A stretch of DNA of 58,534 bases, filler included, from Sphacelaria rigidula (Eukaryota), in the NCBI GenBank assembly GCA_964200075.2. It is 2 parts of 2 records of this genome, joined end to end, with 100 filler letters (N's around TTAATTAATTAA, not from the genome) between each part and the next. Parts side by side here need not be neighbours in the genome. Positions count along the whole stretch, not along the records: positions 1 to 29,245 come from CAXNAA020000085.1; 1 more part is not named here. The stretch is one strand, 5' to 3'. Below, in pieces: positions 1 to 11,900 of the stretch. The position numbers were made by a program, and so were the translations under genes. Within the stretch, counting starts at the first letter, position 1. Every line of letters starts with the position of its first letter. The notes beneath the pieces were generated by a model that made no database searches, was not told where the DNA came from, and saw only the letters and a program-made list of their open reading frames with translations.

Positions 1-2237
1 GTGATCGGTGTACCACGATACCGAAGAGAAGCGGGTAAGATGCAGTGGAAAATGCGACTCCGTATTGCCCACGATGCCCATCTGTGTGTACGCAGATCTT
101 GATACGAACAAAATATGCGGCTATGTCACCGTGACGTGAATACTGATATGCGACAAATTCTCGTGTGTTCGAAAGCAGGCCGAGCGCAAACCCCCCAGCA
201 AGCCCACGCTTCAAAAGTACGTGGGTATAGTTACCAACTTCAAGGAGGCGGGGATGAATGTGCTCATGGACGTGACCTACCTCAACGACCGGGATGACAA
301 ACACTCGGACCTCTCCGCCTTCAAGAATGCTCGCGTCCATGTTACACTGAAGATGCTCCAACGACCGGAGTTTCAGAAGGCCAACGAGACTGAACAAGAA
401 GTGTACATCCTGCGGCTCGCCAGGCAAGTGTGCCGCAGAAAAATACACGCGAAGTGTTTTCCTGTGATGGTTTCCCCCCCCCCCAGGCCCCCCCTTCCCC
501 AACCCATTGGCCCCGTACATGTAGGAGCAGGTGGCGAGGGATGCACCTTATTGTTGAACTATGTCGATGACAGGATGAGGGTCGTACCGCACTCCCAGGA
601 AGCGTTCGAAACGAGCTTCATGAGTGACATGTCGAAGTAAAGCGAGGACCGCAAAGACGGATCATTTGTGCCGCGATGCTGCGCCGGCGTCGTTCACAGT
701 GCATGTGTCGTCACACACGAACAGATTTCTTCGCTTGGACTGTCCTTTATCCGCAGATACCGTAGACACAGCGAGCGACAGAGACCACCGCCCTCCCCTG
801 CGACCCATTTGGTGGCTTTTGCACATGTGCTGCGTCTGCAACCCATTTGGTGGCTTTTGCACATGTGACATGAGGAATGAAACACCAGATGCTCGCCCTA
901 TCGTTATGCCATACACGAATGCACTCCGCCGTCACTGATTCCCATCTCCTACGCGCGCCGCATCTTACTTCCCTACCGCATCATTAGCGAGTTCATTACG
1001 CACATGGTCAACCTCACGGATAAAGAGGCTAAGGCGCTCGACGAATGTGCCAAAGATGTCGGACTCCAAGTGTCCAAAGTAGAGGCTATCGCTCCTCGAC
1101 AGGATTGGTCCGCATCTTTTCGAACGTGAGTCCGTCCGCAGTAATATCTATTGACCGTATCAATCTTACCGTTGCCATTCATACGAAGAGCTGAGTAGGT
1201 ATGTACCAAGGTTCTGTTCGGTAGGGGAGGGTTCTTCGTACGCCCAAGGGTATTTTCCAGCGTCAGCATCGTTTCCGACAGTTATGAGAGGTCGAGGTCG
1301 TTCTGCACGGATACGAGGTGCCGGTATTGATGTGTCCGGTTCTCGGAAAGCAAGCGGCCACCGTGCCTGCGGATATAACTGGAGCCTGCTTTCACATGCA
1401 CGCGAAACTCTTTATATTTGGCAGGATCATGTGGAAGGCGATGTACAAGGAACAGCCGTACAAGTTCGAAGTCGACCGCACCACACTCGAAAAGGCAGTC
1501 GACAAATACAAGGAGAAGGTTCCCGCGGGCATGAAGGCATCGGAAGACTACGTGGCCACGATACGCAGTCAACCACACCAGATGTTTTCAACGGTACGTC
1601 GATCATAAAATAAATAAAAGTAACCGCATCCCAAAATACATTTGCAGAGATTTTGTGCAAGGCTCTGCAGAAGGCAGACGGTAATGCCAAAAATAGCGCA
1701 GGAGCCGGTTGGGCTGACAATTGGAACGCGTACGGTAGAAACAAGGAGGAGGAGGGATTTGCTTGTGCGCCTGCTGACGCAAAAGAAAATATGAAGGTCA
1801 ATGACAAACCGCTCCATTTCCCCTCGCCCAACAGGCGATGGATTTGGATTACGGCATGAAACCGGCTCTGCAGATCTACGAGAAAAAGATCAAAGAGGCG
1901 GGAGAACGAGCAGCCAATGCGATCTCCTTGTACCTCGAGGAGGCGAAGAAGAGCGAGGAGAAAACTAAGGCGCTAGACTCGGCGAAGCTAGCAGCAGAAT
2001 CTGCCGAGAAGACGGCAACTCTCCAAAAACAGGCGAACGACGACGCGGCGAAGGTAACGCCGGCGGCATCGACGACAGCCCAATCTGCCGATACAAGTCA
2101 ATCGACCGCTACGACCGAGACGCTACGTAGCACAGATACAGCATCGACGTCGCCACCCGCCAGCACCGACTCATCCGCGAAATCAACCCCTACGCCAAGC
2201 GCTTCAGAAACGACCACCGTTTCCAGTACATCCAAAG
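1..2237 (+). CDS. Spliced gene of unknown function (partial, runs off the left edge) with very short introns and a Ser/Thr-rich region
   Basis: Phase-consistent exon chain by eye: <1-34, 179-423 (GC donor), 574-636, 889-1125, 1225-1317, 1425-~1592, ~1650-1796, 1835-~2237. It reads AERKPPSKPTLQKYVGIVTNFKEAG...RIMWKAMYKEQPYKFEVD... No family recognised, and one junction (~1593/1650) is uncertain. Confidence 0.5.
803..867 (+). repeat. 27-bp direct repeat in an intron
   Basis: acccatttggtggcttttgcacatgtg occurs at 803 and 841. Confidence 0.8.
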
Positions 2238-2295
2238 GTGAAGGTGAGATATCTTCTGGCGAGTCATGCTACGATAGAGGGGGGGGGGGGGGGTG

Positions 2296-4638
2296 AATTT
2301 TGGGCCATTTATCCCGCGAAATCCCACTTGGAATCGTCGTACAAAGCAGCAACGAATGCTCAAACGCGCGGGCCTCTAATTAATAACGCTCTCTCATACT
2401 GCTTCACGCTGCTCCGCCAGTGTCTTCCGTCACCTGACACAACTGTGAGCCCATATTTTCGTGGAATCAAACACCCCCCAATATGATAGCGCGTGCCTGG
2501 CGAGCGAGTAGGTTTCGAAAATATGCTGGAGGGGAGTGTTGTTTCATCTGGAGTCTGACGTTTCTTCCTCGAACAGTATTGTACATTAGATCGGACAAGC
2601 GCAGCACCGCGCAAACATAGGAGTTGGCCCCGGTTACTAACGCGAACGGGATGTTGTGCCCGCTGCATCCCTACGATGTGGCTGGCAGACAAGAATAAAG
2701 GCGGGTCGGCCAAGGCGAGCGCACCGCGGAGGTCGAAGAGGAAGAGGGAGTCCGCCGCCCCCGTCATTACCGCTGCGAAGAAGCACAGCGATCGGCTGGC
2801 GAAGTTGAGGTGAGGAACGCCTCTCGCTGCAGGATCGACGGCGCATTAAGTGCATAAACGACAAGGGGTGTTACTGACTACTGTCGGTCGACGTCGGCAT
2901 ACCAAATCTGTATGGTAATCACATATCATATACAATACTGTAGTGGTAGAAACCCTGTCGCACCTCTTGATGTCGTTACGCAGATCAATGTTTTTGTGTG
3001 TATCCGACCGGGGTGAGGGTCCATCAACATTGCACGAGATTTCGGGGATGACTAACCCCCCGGCTCCGCACATCTTTTGATTGTGATCCTGTTCCTCCCG
3101 CCCTATGCACTCGACCTTTCATCTACCAGGACTGCTGTGACGAAGTCCTTTGTGCAGGACTTGGTGAATCCGGGGGCGGAGAAAGAGCGCAAAATGCCAT
3201 GCTCTCACGAGGCAATGCTTTGCTTTTTTAACGCGGCATCAGACAGTGGAATCCTGAAGGACGATCCCACATCGGCAGGAAAACTGAGGGCGGTCATCAG
3301 CGCCCTGGCCGCTAATATTCACTGCTCGGGCACCCTCATCATTGCGATGGAGAAAATCTGGACGGTCAACGTCCCCCACATCAGAGGTGGGTTTTAGCGA
3401 TGTTCTCTCTACACGGGATCTTTCAAATTGGGGATGGATCATTTATTGTGGATGAGAATCCCTGAGGATTAAAATCTTCGTATCCACACCAATCTTCGAA
3501 ATACGGTTCCATTTCTTCACCTACTGATAGCTATTGACAACTGCTAAACGCTATATAAATTTGGATTTCGATCACCGAAATGTCGGGGCCCTAGGTGGAA
3601 AAAACAAGTTTGAGGAATTTCAGGTGTTCGAACGGACGCCAAAACTGTTCTCAAGTTGTTTTCCCACCTAGGACCCCAACATTTCGGTGATCGAAATCCA
3701 ATTTTATATAGCGTGCAGCAGTTGTCAATAGCTATCAGTAGGTGAAGAAATGGAACCGTATTTCGAAGATTTGGTGTGGATACGAAGATTTTAATCCTCA
3801 GGGATTCTCATCCCTAATAAATGATCCATCCCCAATTTGTGAGATCCCGTGTTTGTTAATGTTCCAGAGGCAGCACTTGAAATCGCGTGCGGTGAAGTAG
3901 GCACACCTTCACTGTTGTCGATAATGCCGATGTGATTAGAGCGCATTCACCCCAGACACCCACAGACCCAGCGCTGCTGAAGTGGACGGAAATCATGTTT
4001 GGATACCGTTGGTCGCCGTACAGATCCTGCATTCCGAAAGCAATGACGCACTCCGGTGCGAGTTCCTCGATGTTTGATACCCTTTCAAGCCGTTTTGTAT
4101 CGACTAACGCCGCCGATGACGTCCATCTTGCCGGCATCACAGGTTCTCCAGAACAGGAGATGCTGTTTTGGTGACGGGCGCAGACCGACAAAGCTTGGCT
4201 GATGCCGTCCTGAGTGCAGGCCGAACCATCATCACCGTCGTCTCCGACGATACCAAGGAGGCTGAGGTTTCTAGAGTGCTGGACGCAGCATGCGAGCAGG
4301 CACTTCAGGGTGGACAGTTCGCTCAACTGACTCAACCGCCGAAACGGGTTGGGCCAAGTCGCCTGCCGAAGTGCGTCCCAACCTCGAACTACTCAAAGTC
4401 TATCCTGGCTCAAGAGCAAACCATCGACATGAACATGGTCGACGACGATGAAAACGACGACGACGATGATTACGGGATGACGAAGGAAAACCAAGATTTG
4501 GCGCTCGAGGTGGCGAGGGACCATTCTCGGTTGTACGGATTGGAAATTAAGGTGACCTCTAACGGCTGTCGGGCTACGACTCATTCTTTCAATATTGCTT
4601 GTGCATATGCAAATACAGACTCCGGGGGACTATCGTAG
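2296..4638 (+). pseudogene. Disrupted coding-like segments, probably the continuation of the left-edge gene
   Basis: ORF fragments 3077-3397, 3932-4174 and 4168-4638. The last two join by a one-base frameshift in ctgttttgg near 4165. A poly-G tract lies at 2279-2293 and a palindromic element is inserted at 3411-3852. Confidence 0.35.
3411..3852. mobile_element. Palindromic MITE/fold-back element, family A copy 1
   Basis: Near-perfect inverted arms of about 205 bp (acacgggatc...gatcccgtgt) around a spacer of about 30 bp. It is homologous to 46935-47385, sharing aaatcttcgtatccacacca and tagctattga. Confidence 0.85.
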
Positions 4639-4821
4639 GAAGTGTCGGAGCGACGATGGCATTAACTCGGAATACCGAGCATAGCTGCCCCCTCGAAAGC
4701 TGAAGAATAAATAGTGGTGTAAATGAATCGTGGAACACAACTGTTCCACTGATGCGGATGACACTGTCAGCACAGTCCGCGTCTGCCCCACGAAATAGTA
4801 CAATCATCGTGATTTTTTTCG

Positions 4822-5550
4822 ATGTACTCGACAACCGGCCCGCAACTGTTCCGACTCCATCCTCACGTCTCCACTCCGAACTCTCTCGCACCCCCTCTCT
4901 GTGCTCGCACGTTTGGTCAGGAATCGAGCAGGGGAGGCCTGGGACTGTTTGCGGTAGAGGCGATGAAGCCCGAAGACTCACCGCCTATGGCGTTGATGGG
5001 TTCCTTTGTGGTGTGCGATTTGCTCCAGTTAGGGCAGGCGATGGAAATAGATGGGGTACCTAGATACGAAATGTGTAAAGCGGCTCAGTTTTCGAAGTTG
5101 TTGCAGCCATGGGAGGTGTCGAACGAGGGATCGACGTTGTACCTGGAACCCGAGCGCAGGAGCTTCCTGTATTACATGAACTCGTCCGAACCTGTCGAGG
5201 GGGACACCAATGTTGTAGCCAGCAGTGTCTTCGCCAAGGAGCACGACACCCCTGTAGTTGACCTTCAAGAAACGAAGTCGATACTGCGAAACAGCATCGA
5301 AGGCATAATGTTCAAAGTCACACGCCCTATTGGTAAGGGGGAGGAGTTACTCTGCCAATATCCAATTTTCGAGGGGAAGGCGGATGTGGAGGGTGCTGGT
5401 TCCCAGGACGGTTCGCCCAATAGAGACGTGGTAGACGGTACGGTTGATGACGAGAGGACACGGGGCGGCGAGGAAGAGTCGAAAGGCGACGACGGTAGTT
5501 CAGACGGTGGTGCGGATGATGATCACGACCTCGATTATGTCCCATCATGA
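4822..5550 (+). CDS. SET-domain protein (lysine methyltransferase fold) with acidic tail; possibly the last exon of the upstream gene
   Basis: SET motifs appear in order: SSRGGLGLFAVEAM (GxGLFA), FLYYMNSS (RFINHS-like), and IMFKVTRPIGKGEELLCQY (ELxxxY). There is no Cys-rich pre- or post-SET region. Confidence 0.7.
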   Translation: MYSTTGPQLFRLHPHVSTPNSLAPPLCARTFGQESSRGGLGLFAVEAMKPEDSPPMALMGSFVVCDLLQLGQAMEIDGVPRYEMCKAAQFSKLLQPWEVSNEGSTLYLEPERRSFLYYMNSSEPVEGDTNVVASSVFAKEHDTPVVDLQETKSILRNSIEGIMFKVTRPIGKGEELLCQYPIFEGKADVEGAGSQDGSPNRDVVDGTVDDERTRGGEEESKGDDGSSDGGADDDHDLDYVPS

Positions 5551-6349
5551 ACGGGATATCCGCCCCCGTGCGATTTGGCTTTTCATGTCGACTTTTTAGT
5601 AACGCAGACATCATTCGTGATCCTCAGGTGATGTTCGTGTGTTGGGCACTTGTTGAACGTCTTCGAGTGGTGGTTGCCTGCCGCCATTCCAGACTTCGTT
5701 GTTGTGTAGGCGTCGATGAATCAACAACGTCGAAGACGACGGCCGCGATAATGCAGGAAATGATGAACGTTTGATTCTGTCGTAGCGGGTGTTACCCTAA
5801 TCCTTGGGAGGGGGGGGGGGGGCATTCGCCGCTAAATGCGTGATCTGCACAGAAAAAAAGGTTAGTTTTTGCTCGAAAATGGGAACTAGCACGATATTCC
5901 CTCGCGACACAACGGGTTGATTCGGAAGACTATCGCTTGCACGTTTCTGGACTGAGGGGTGGTGCTCCGTGAGCGACAGCGGCTACTTGATTCCCGGGAC
6001 GGTTTCAAGACTACTCCGCGTGTCTTGTCGGGAACACTTCGCGAAATTTGTCCTCTTACGGCTGTGTACTATCCACACGAAAACAAGGGTGACGAAGACA
6101 TTTTTACACATGTAGTGAACTCAAACAGTTCCCGCGCCTACATTCTCCCCTAATGTCCCAAGCGAGCGTTTTCGCGTGAAGTAGAGAAATGTCAACATTT
6201 TCAATGGCAGGATTTTGCACCAATGTACGAGATAAGCGTTGTGTCCATTAATGATGCAGGCACAGGCAGGCACAACCCGCCGCAGAAAGCCTTGAAAAGC
6301 CTACTCTCAATCGCACCATCCACTCTCAATCTCACGAAACTACTGTTTT

Positions 6350-6955
6350 TATTGGTATTTTCGGTGGACCGACTCCATCCTGATCATACAAGCCAAGAGT
6401 TACTTTTTTTTTATTCCACCCACTCACTGCGCCAAAGCCGGAAAACTGTTTCTTGGACGAATCATGGTCAATATATATATTACCCTCCTGAATGGAGTCC
6501 TTACTCTGTATCGCACCCTCAACACCAACTTGGGCATAGTAGTTTGAGCACGGTCCGCTTATTTTGCCACAACTTTCAACGCTAGCACGTTCGAGTGCTC
6601 ATGGAAAAATGTTATGCGAAAAAAACGGGAAGAGGCCATCCGCAGAAAATGCTAGACTGGGGTCTGTACAGTTCGGGAGATGAAAGCGATCTCGATCATT
6701 ATTGTGAAGAATTGTGAACGTATTCATCTATCCGAATAATCACCCTTTCGTTGCAGAAAAGCCGGAAACCGGCTCTCATTGGACCGAAAACGGTCAAAAA
6801 CACCATCCTGATAAACGGGGTATCCAGTCCGTATCGCCCCAAAAACACCAACCTGGACACTGCAGTGTGAGCGCGACCTACGCTTCCCCCTAAATCAATC
6901 GGCGCTAGCTTTGTCAAGCACATAATAAAGAATAGTACTTGAGAAAAACTCGAAA
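6350..6955 (+). repeat. Dispersed degenerate repeat family B copy (more diverged)
   Basis: The blocks ggtattttcggt, cctgataaacggggtat and cgctagc match 41580-41860. Confidence 0.5.
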
Positions 6956-8900
6956 GCTGTAACAACTGGGATTTTGAAAACTTCCGATGTTAACCACTAT
7001 ATTCAAGGTTGGAACATAACTCATCTCGTTGTATCAACGTGAAATAAAATTCGCTCGATCACAGAGGGAAGAGAGCGATCGTCTCCCTCTCCACTCCGAA
7101 GTTCTTGCGTCGGTGACTGTAAGAAGCAAATAACATGGTCCCTTATCACCGCCCAGCCCGTATATCATTTGCCGTTGAGTGCAAGGTCATTTTATTTCGA
7201 GATGTGGGATGGACGCCTGGTGTCCTATATTCCTCAAATAATTGTAATATAAAAGTGTTACTGGAATGACGGAAGCTACTCAGATGTGGCCATTACGGCC
7301 GGATATTATGGACAGGTTTTCGACCTACAGGTAGTTCACTTTTGGGACGTTTGAGGGACGCTTTGCATCACCCCACAGAGAGGAACCTCATCTGCTTTTC
7401 GGAGTCGATGGGCTCAGTGGTTTCGAGATTGGCCGCTGAACAAAATCCGTACGCAAAAAACGGTGCTTGCCGGCCCCCGCCAGTTTGCCTTCAACTGTGC
7501 GGAGGTCGACGCGGCTTCTGTTGCACACGGATCCTTGTCCAGCGGCTGCTCTCGAAACCTTCCGGCCGAGCGAATTTGAAGAGCAGACTAGGCTCCTTCA
7601 TGGGGTGATGCAGAATGTCCGTGGCATGTGTTGGCGATTTTCCCTGTTCAAGAATCAAAAAGTGCCTCAAACGTCCCAAAGTGAACAATCCGTGGGCCAA
7701 GAATTTGTGCGCCATGACATCCGGCCCAACTTCACGTCTTCGTGACCGACGAAGACATCTCGAAATGAGAAGATTGCGTGGTATCCTTCACTGATCGTGG
7801 GGCTTTGGGGGGCCGCAGCTTGTGATATTTCTCTCGTGTACATATCATCTTGCCAGGTGCTATCAAGCACCTGTTCATCGACCATCGTGCCCGACGCACG
7901 AGAAAAAAGTTGTCTCTTGTTCAGCGTCTACAAGCGGTATGCACGATTCCTCCACCGCAGACGACACGAATATCGCCAACAAAACATTCACATCCCTCCC
8001 ACACCAGGGCACCGTGTCTCACGCACGCAATTTCATTAAGCAATCTTACTGCGACAATCAATCGACCGCAAGCCATGAGCGCTGACCCGTTGAACGCAGC
8101 ATGCCGACAGTCGCGTCAGGAAATTCATACACACGACTTCCGAAATTCCTGGTGTGTTCAAATCAGATACTGTGCATCAGGACGAACTCGCCATTCAAAT
8201 GCCTTCTTGCATTTATTCACATTTCCACCGAATATCTGTACAACTGCTACACGTCCTTTATCCCCGTTAATTCAATGCTGTGTGCAACGTTTTTCCATTT
8301 CGTGACGGGATGACAAAATCAGCACACCAACGGCTTCAGCCGCTGAAAAGCCACGGAGGTCAAGATATGAACCGGCCAACTGCATAATATTTTCCGACTG
8401 CTCACTCACACACGAAACAATCTCCCGAGTATTCACATTATTTCTCATCTTCGCGCACACCATGGAAACGTATGGAGCAACGAGTGTATCCTTTGCATGC
8501 AACGCCATCTCCCCTACACCCCCATTGAAACACACAATACAAGATCGACAAATTCCAACCTCGGCCTCCCCCGACGGCCCATGATCCGCCCATGCGCGGG
8601 TGCCCCAATAATGCCGCCATTTGCTTTCGCTCATTCTCTTGGCGACAGCCCCTAAGGGTCGTAAAGTGTCCTCGTCAGACTTTCCCAGATGTGGTTGGTC
8701 AATGACTTACAAATATGACCAGCTACCATATTATCACTCTCTTTTTCACCACAGTCAAACTCACTTGGTAAAAAGACGCAAAAAACCACTGAATCAAGGA
8801 TGAAAGAAATACAAAATAATGAAGCCCTTTGGTTTGTGAATCCTATAATTATGACTTCAATCACTAGCGCTTCGAAATAAAAAAAAAACACTTCCGGCCG

Positions 8901-11900
8901 TCACGAAGTTGACTCGGCCAACGCTTTCTCGTACAGTTTCTTTTGCTTGTCCCACTCTTTTTTGAGCTTTTTGATGGCACTTTTGCTCAACGGCTCTCCT
9001 GCCTTGTCCGTTGTAGGCACGCCGTCATCATCAAACGCCGAGTACAGGTCGGTCTGGGACAAGAACATATCCTGTGGTTTCACCTTCTTTTTCGCCGCCT
9101 TCTCCGCCGCCTGACGTGCCTGTCAGGAGTCAAGTCAATTCCAACCAAGAAATGACACACCCAAAAAGGGCAAACGACACGTTTCGTCAATGTCGATTTT
9201 GATACGTCATGAATTTCTCCGGGTCGTGCACAAGGCGAATGGTGGGGGAGGTTGCCATAGCTATTATTGCAACCGATCTCGACTCGTCACGTATGAGGAG
9301 TCCAGATTGTCTACCGGAGATTTCCTGCCGTGATTTGGATTCCGGACCTGCCCGTTGGGCAACGTTTTTCGGAACAAAACGAGGACAAACCCTCACTTTC
9401 ATACAACGTCCCATGGGGAAAATCTTCACCTGTTCCTCCTTCCGACTTTTCCCCGGTGGTGCGGTGCCTTTCCCAGCAGCCTCTCGGAGTGTTACCGTTC
9501 GGTTAAGGACCAACACCTCTGGTGTCGTGTCCTGGTCCACCACGAAGAACCCAATACGCTCCAGCTGCATGTCAGCCGAAACACCCATGTTCACATGAAA
9601 TACGCGGGAGGAAATGGTTGATCGTCACGCTTCATTGATTTCCGACGGAGCCAGCCGTGGTCATTTCGCATATCAAAGACGTACTCAAAACCGAACCGAG
9701 CTGGACCGCTGTCTGAAGGTCACCAGAGTAGAAATCAAAGAAGAAGATAAAAATATTCTCGAGGAACGGGGCGACATCGTAACGCAGGCAGATGAACACT
9801 GAGAAGTGAGTTTGATGCACGAATACAATGAAACGAGAATACAAGGGGGGCACATGTCACCGCAAAAAAACGGTACTACCGATATATCACATAGAGGTGG
9901 ATCCACAGCGATCTTCCCTTCTGCGGGCTCCACACACCCCGTCACCACAAAAGCAAGTCACTAGTGTGGTACACCCACGGTTTGTAGCACAGCTTACATC
10001 TCACCTGCAACGGCGTTCCAGGACGACATTCCTTCACCAGCACCGAAGGGTCCACAAGGGCATCGCCCATCACAACCTCCGATTCTGGGTTGAGCTGGCA
10101 TGCGAAAAGAGGTACGAATAAAGAAATATCTCATGTCACCAAGAAAAAAATGAAGCTGGACGTCGTGTTGAAGCACGGAAGTAATAGTCAGACACTCGGG
10201 AGAAAAAAAAACTTGGGCGTATCTGCTTCTAAATGAATGCCCATCGCGGTCGTCCAAGGATTCAGTTCCGCAACTCAGTTTTGCAAGTGACCGGAGGAAG
10301 GGGTGACGCTGGCCAAGACTTTGGTGCAATCTCATCCTTGATGATACCCATGGACAAACGGGACAAACGCAACGAGGGGGAATGGATAACAACGCCGTAC
10401 TGTACTTTACAGCCCAGCACTGCTGTACTGTGCGTTTATAGAACAACCCGCAGGGCCATCCATGTTGCATCGTCACACTTTGTACACCCCAAGCGTCCGC
10501 AACGACAACCAGACGTCGATCAGAAAGTCTCCATCAAAAGTAGTGTCGTAATCCACCTCATCTCAGGAAGCGAACAGTGCTCACGTGGTATAATTGCAAC
10601 ACGAAGCCTCCACGACAGGTTATGAGGAACAGTCTCACTTTCATCCCGATATGGGCATATACCACAGCGACGAACACGAGACCATCGAAAAACAGACGTT
10701 CAAGCAAAAAACGACATCCTGATGAACCGCTCCTCCGAGACCATCTCACCTGCGCTTCCCATCGATCATCAGGAGAATCCACGGTGAAGAGGTGATTGTA
10801 CAGCCGCACCTCCGTGCGCACAGCACCCTCGCCGGGTACCCACGAAATCGTTCCCTTCGGCTTCGATTGTTTCGTGCCCTCTGGCTCTGCACCCCCATTT
10901 TCAGGAGCTGCGTCGGCGGCTGCGGCCCTCTGCCCCAACGTACACTTGAGCTCGATTGGTGGAGCATTAGCGCCGCCTTTTCCGTTGACGACGTCATCGC
11001 AGCGCATGGTCGCGTTGCAGTACTTCAATCCCACAATCTATTTTTCGTTAATCAAGTGTCATGCAGCAAGAACAGGAACGTTAATTTCAGGCAAGACAGA
11101 GCGAATCGCGGGCATGGGATGATCGGGTGCGGGGAAGGAAAAACCGAGATTGGGCGATTGCACACTTGTGTGACCCCTCAATGACCGGTGAATCTGCAAA
11201 ACTTGCTCAAGGAAGGTTTTCAAACGATTCATCTTCGAACCTGGTGTAGGGTCATCATGTCTCTCCACTCCTCGAGACTGTCACGATGGAACAATCCAAT
11301 CGTCGTGTTCCCTCTCTCCGTGTTCATTGCCCTCTGGCCAATAAGCCAAAGTTGTACGTTACAGGCAACACATCAAACACGACACGAAACCTGAAAAAAA
11401 GCCAGCATCGTAAAAACGCAGCTACAGTAAAACACCCTCCGTAACACACGCCACACGACATCCGACACAACAAACACCAAGAACAAAGTAAAAAACATTG
11501 CGGCTCCGCTGGTGCGCACTCCGTGTTACATCACATCATCCGACCAACCTTGCCCGGCGCCAGGCCGAAGTAATCGGGGGAGTCTTTTCGTCGGAAATCC
11601 GACACATCGATGAAGATCGTCGGGGTAAGGGTTATCTTGTGAGACCCACGCTCGGGGTCAAATGGTACGTCCAACACATCGAACTCCTGGCTGTCGAAGA
11701 CGTTAGTCAGCGTCACCTGCCCTTGAAAGACAGAGCGACGGGAATATAATTCGGAGGGGGTGGAGGTTGGGAATATGATAGTCGCACATGATCTAGTCGG
11801 TGTGTGGAGCAGCAACGAAGCAAAAACAAGTGCGGTTTCCCCTCCATTCCCCCCCGTCCCGACTCTCAGATCTCCCGTAACGCTAAAACAAGACATGTGA

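Noticed and set aside
2360-2960. Possible Ulp1/C48 protease remnant (LINNALSYCFTLL..SPYF)
   Set aside because: The resemblance is vague, with no recognisable catalytic His/Asp/Cys motifs.
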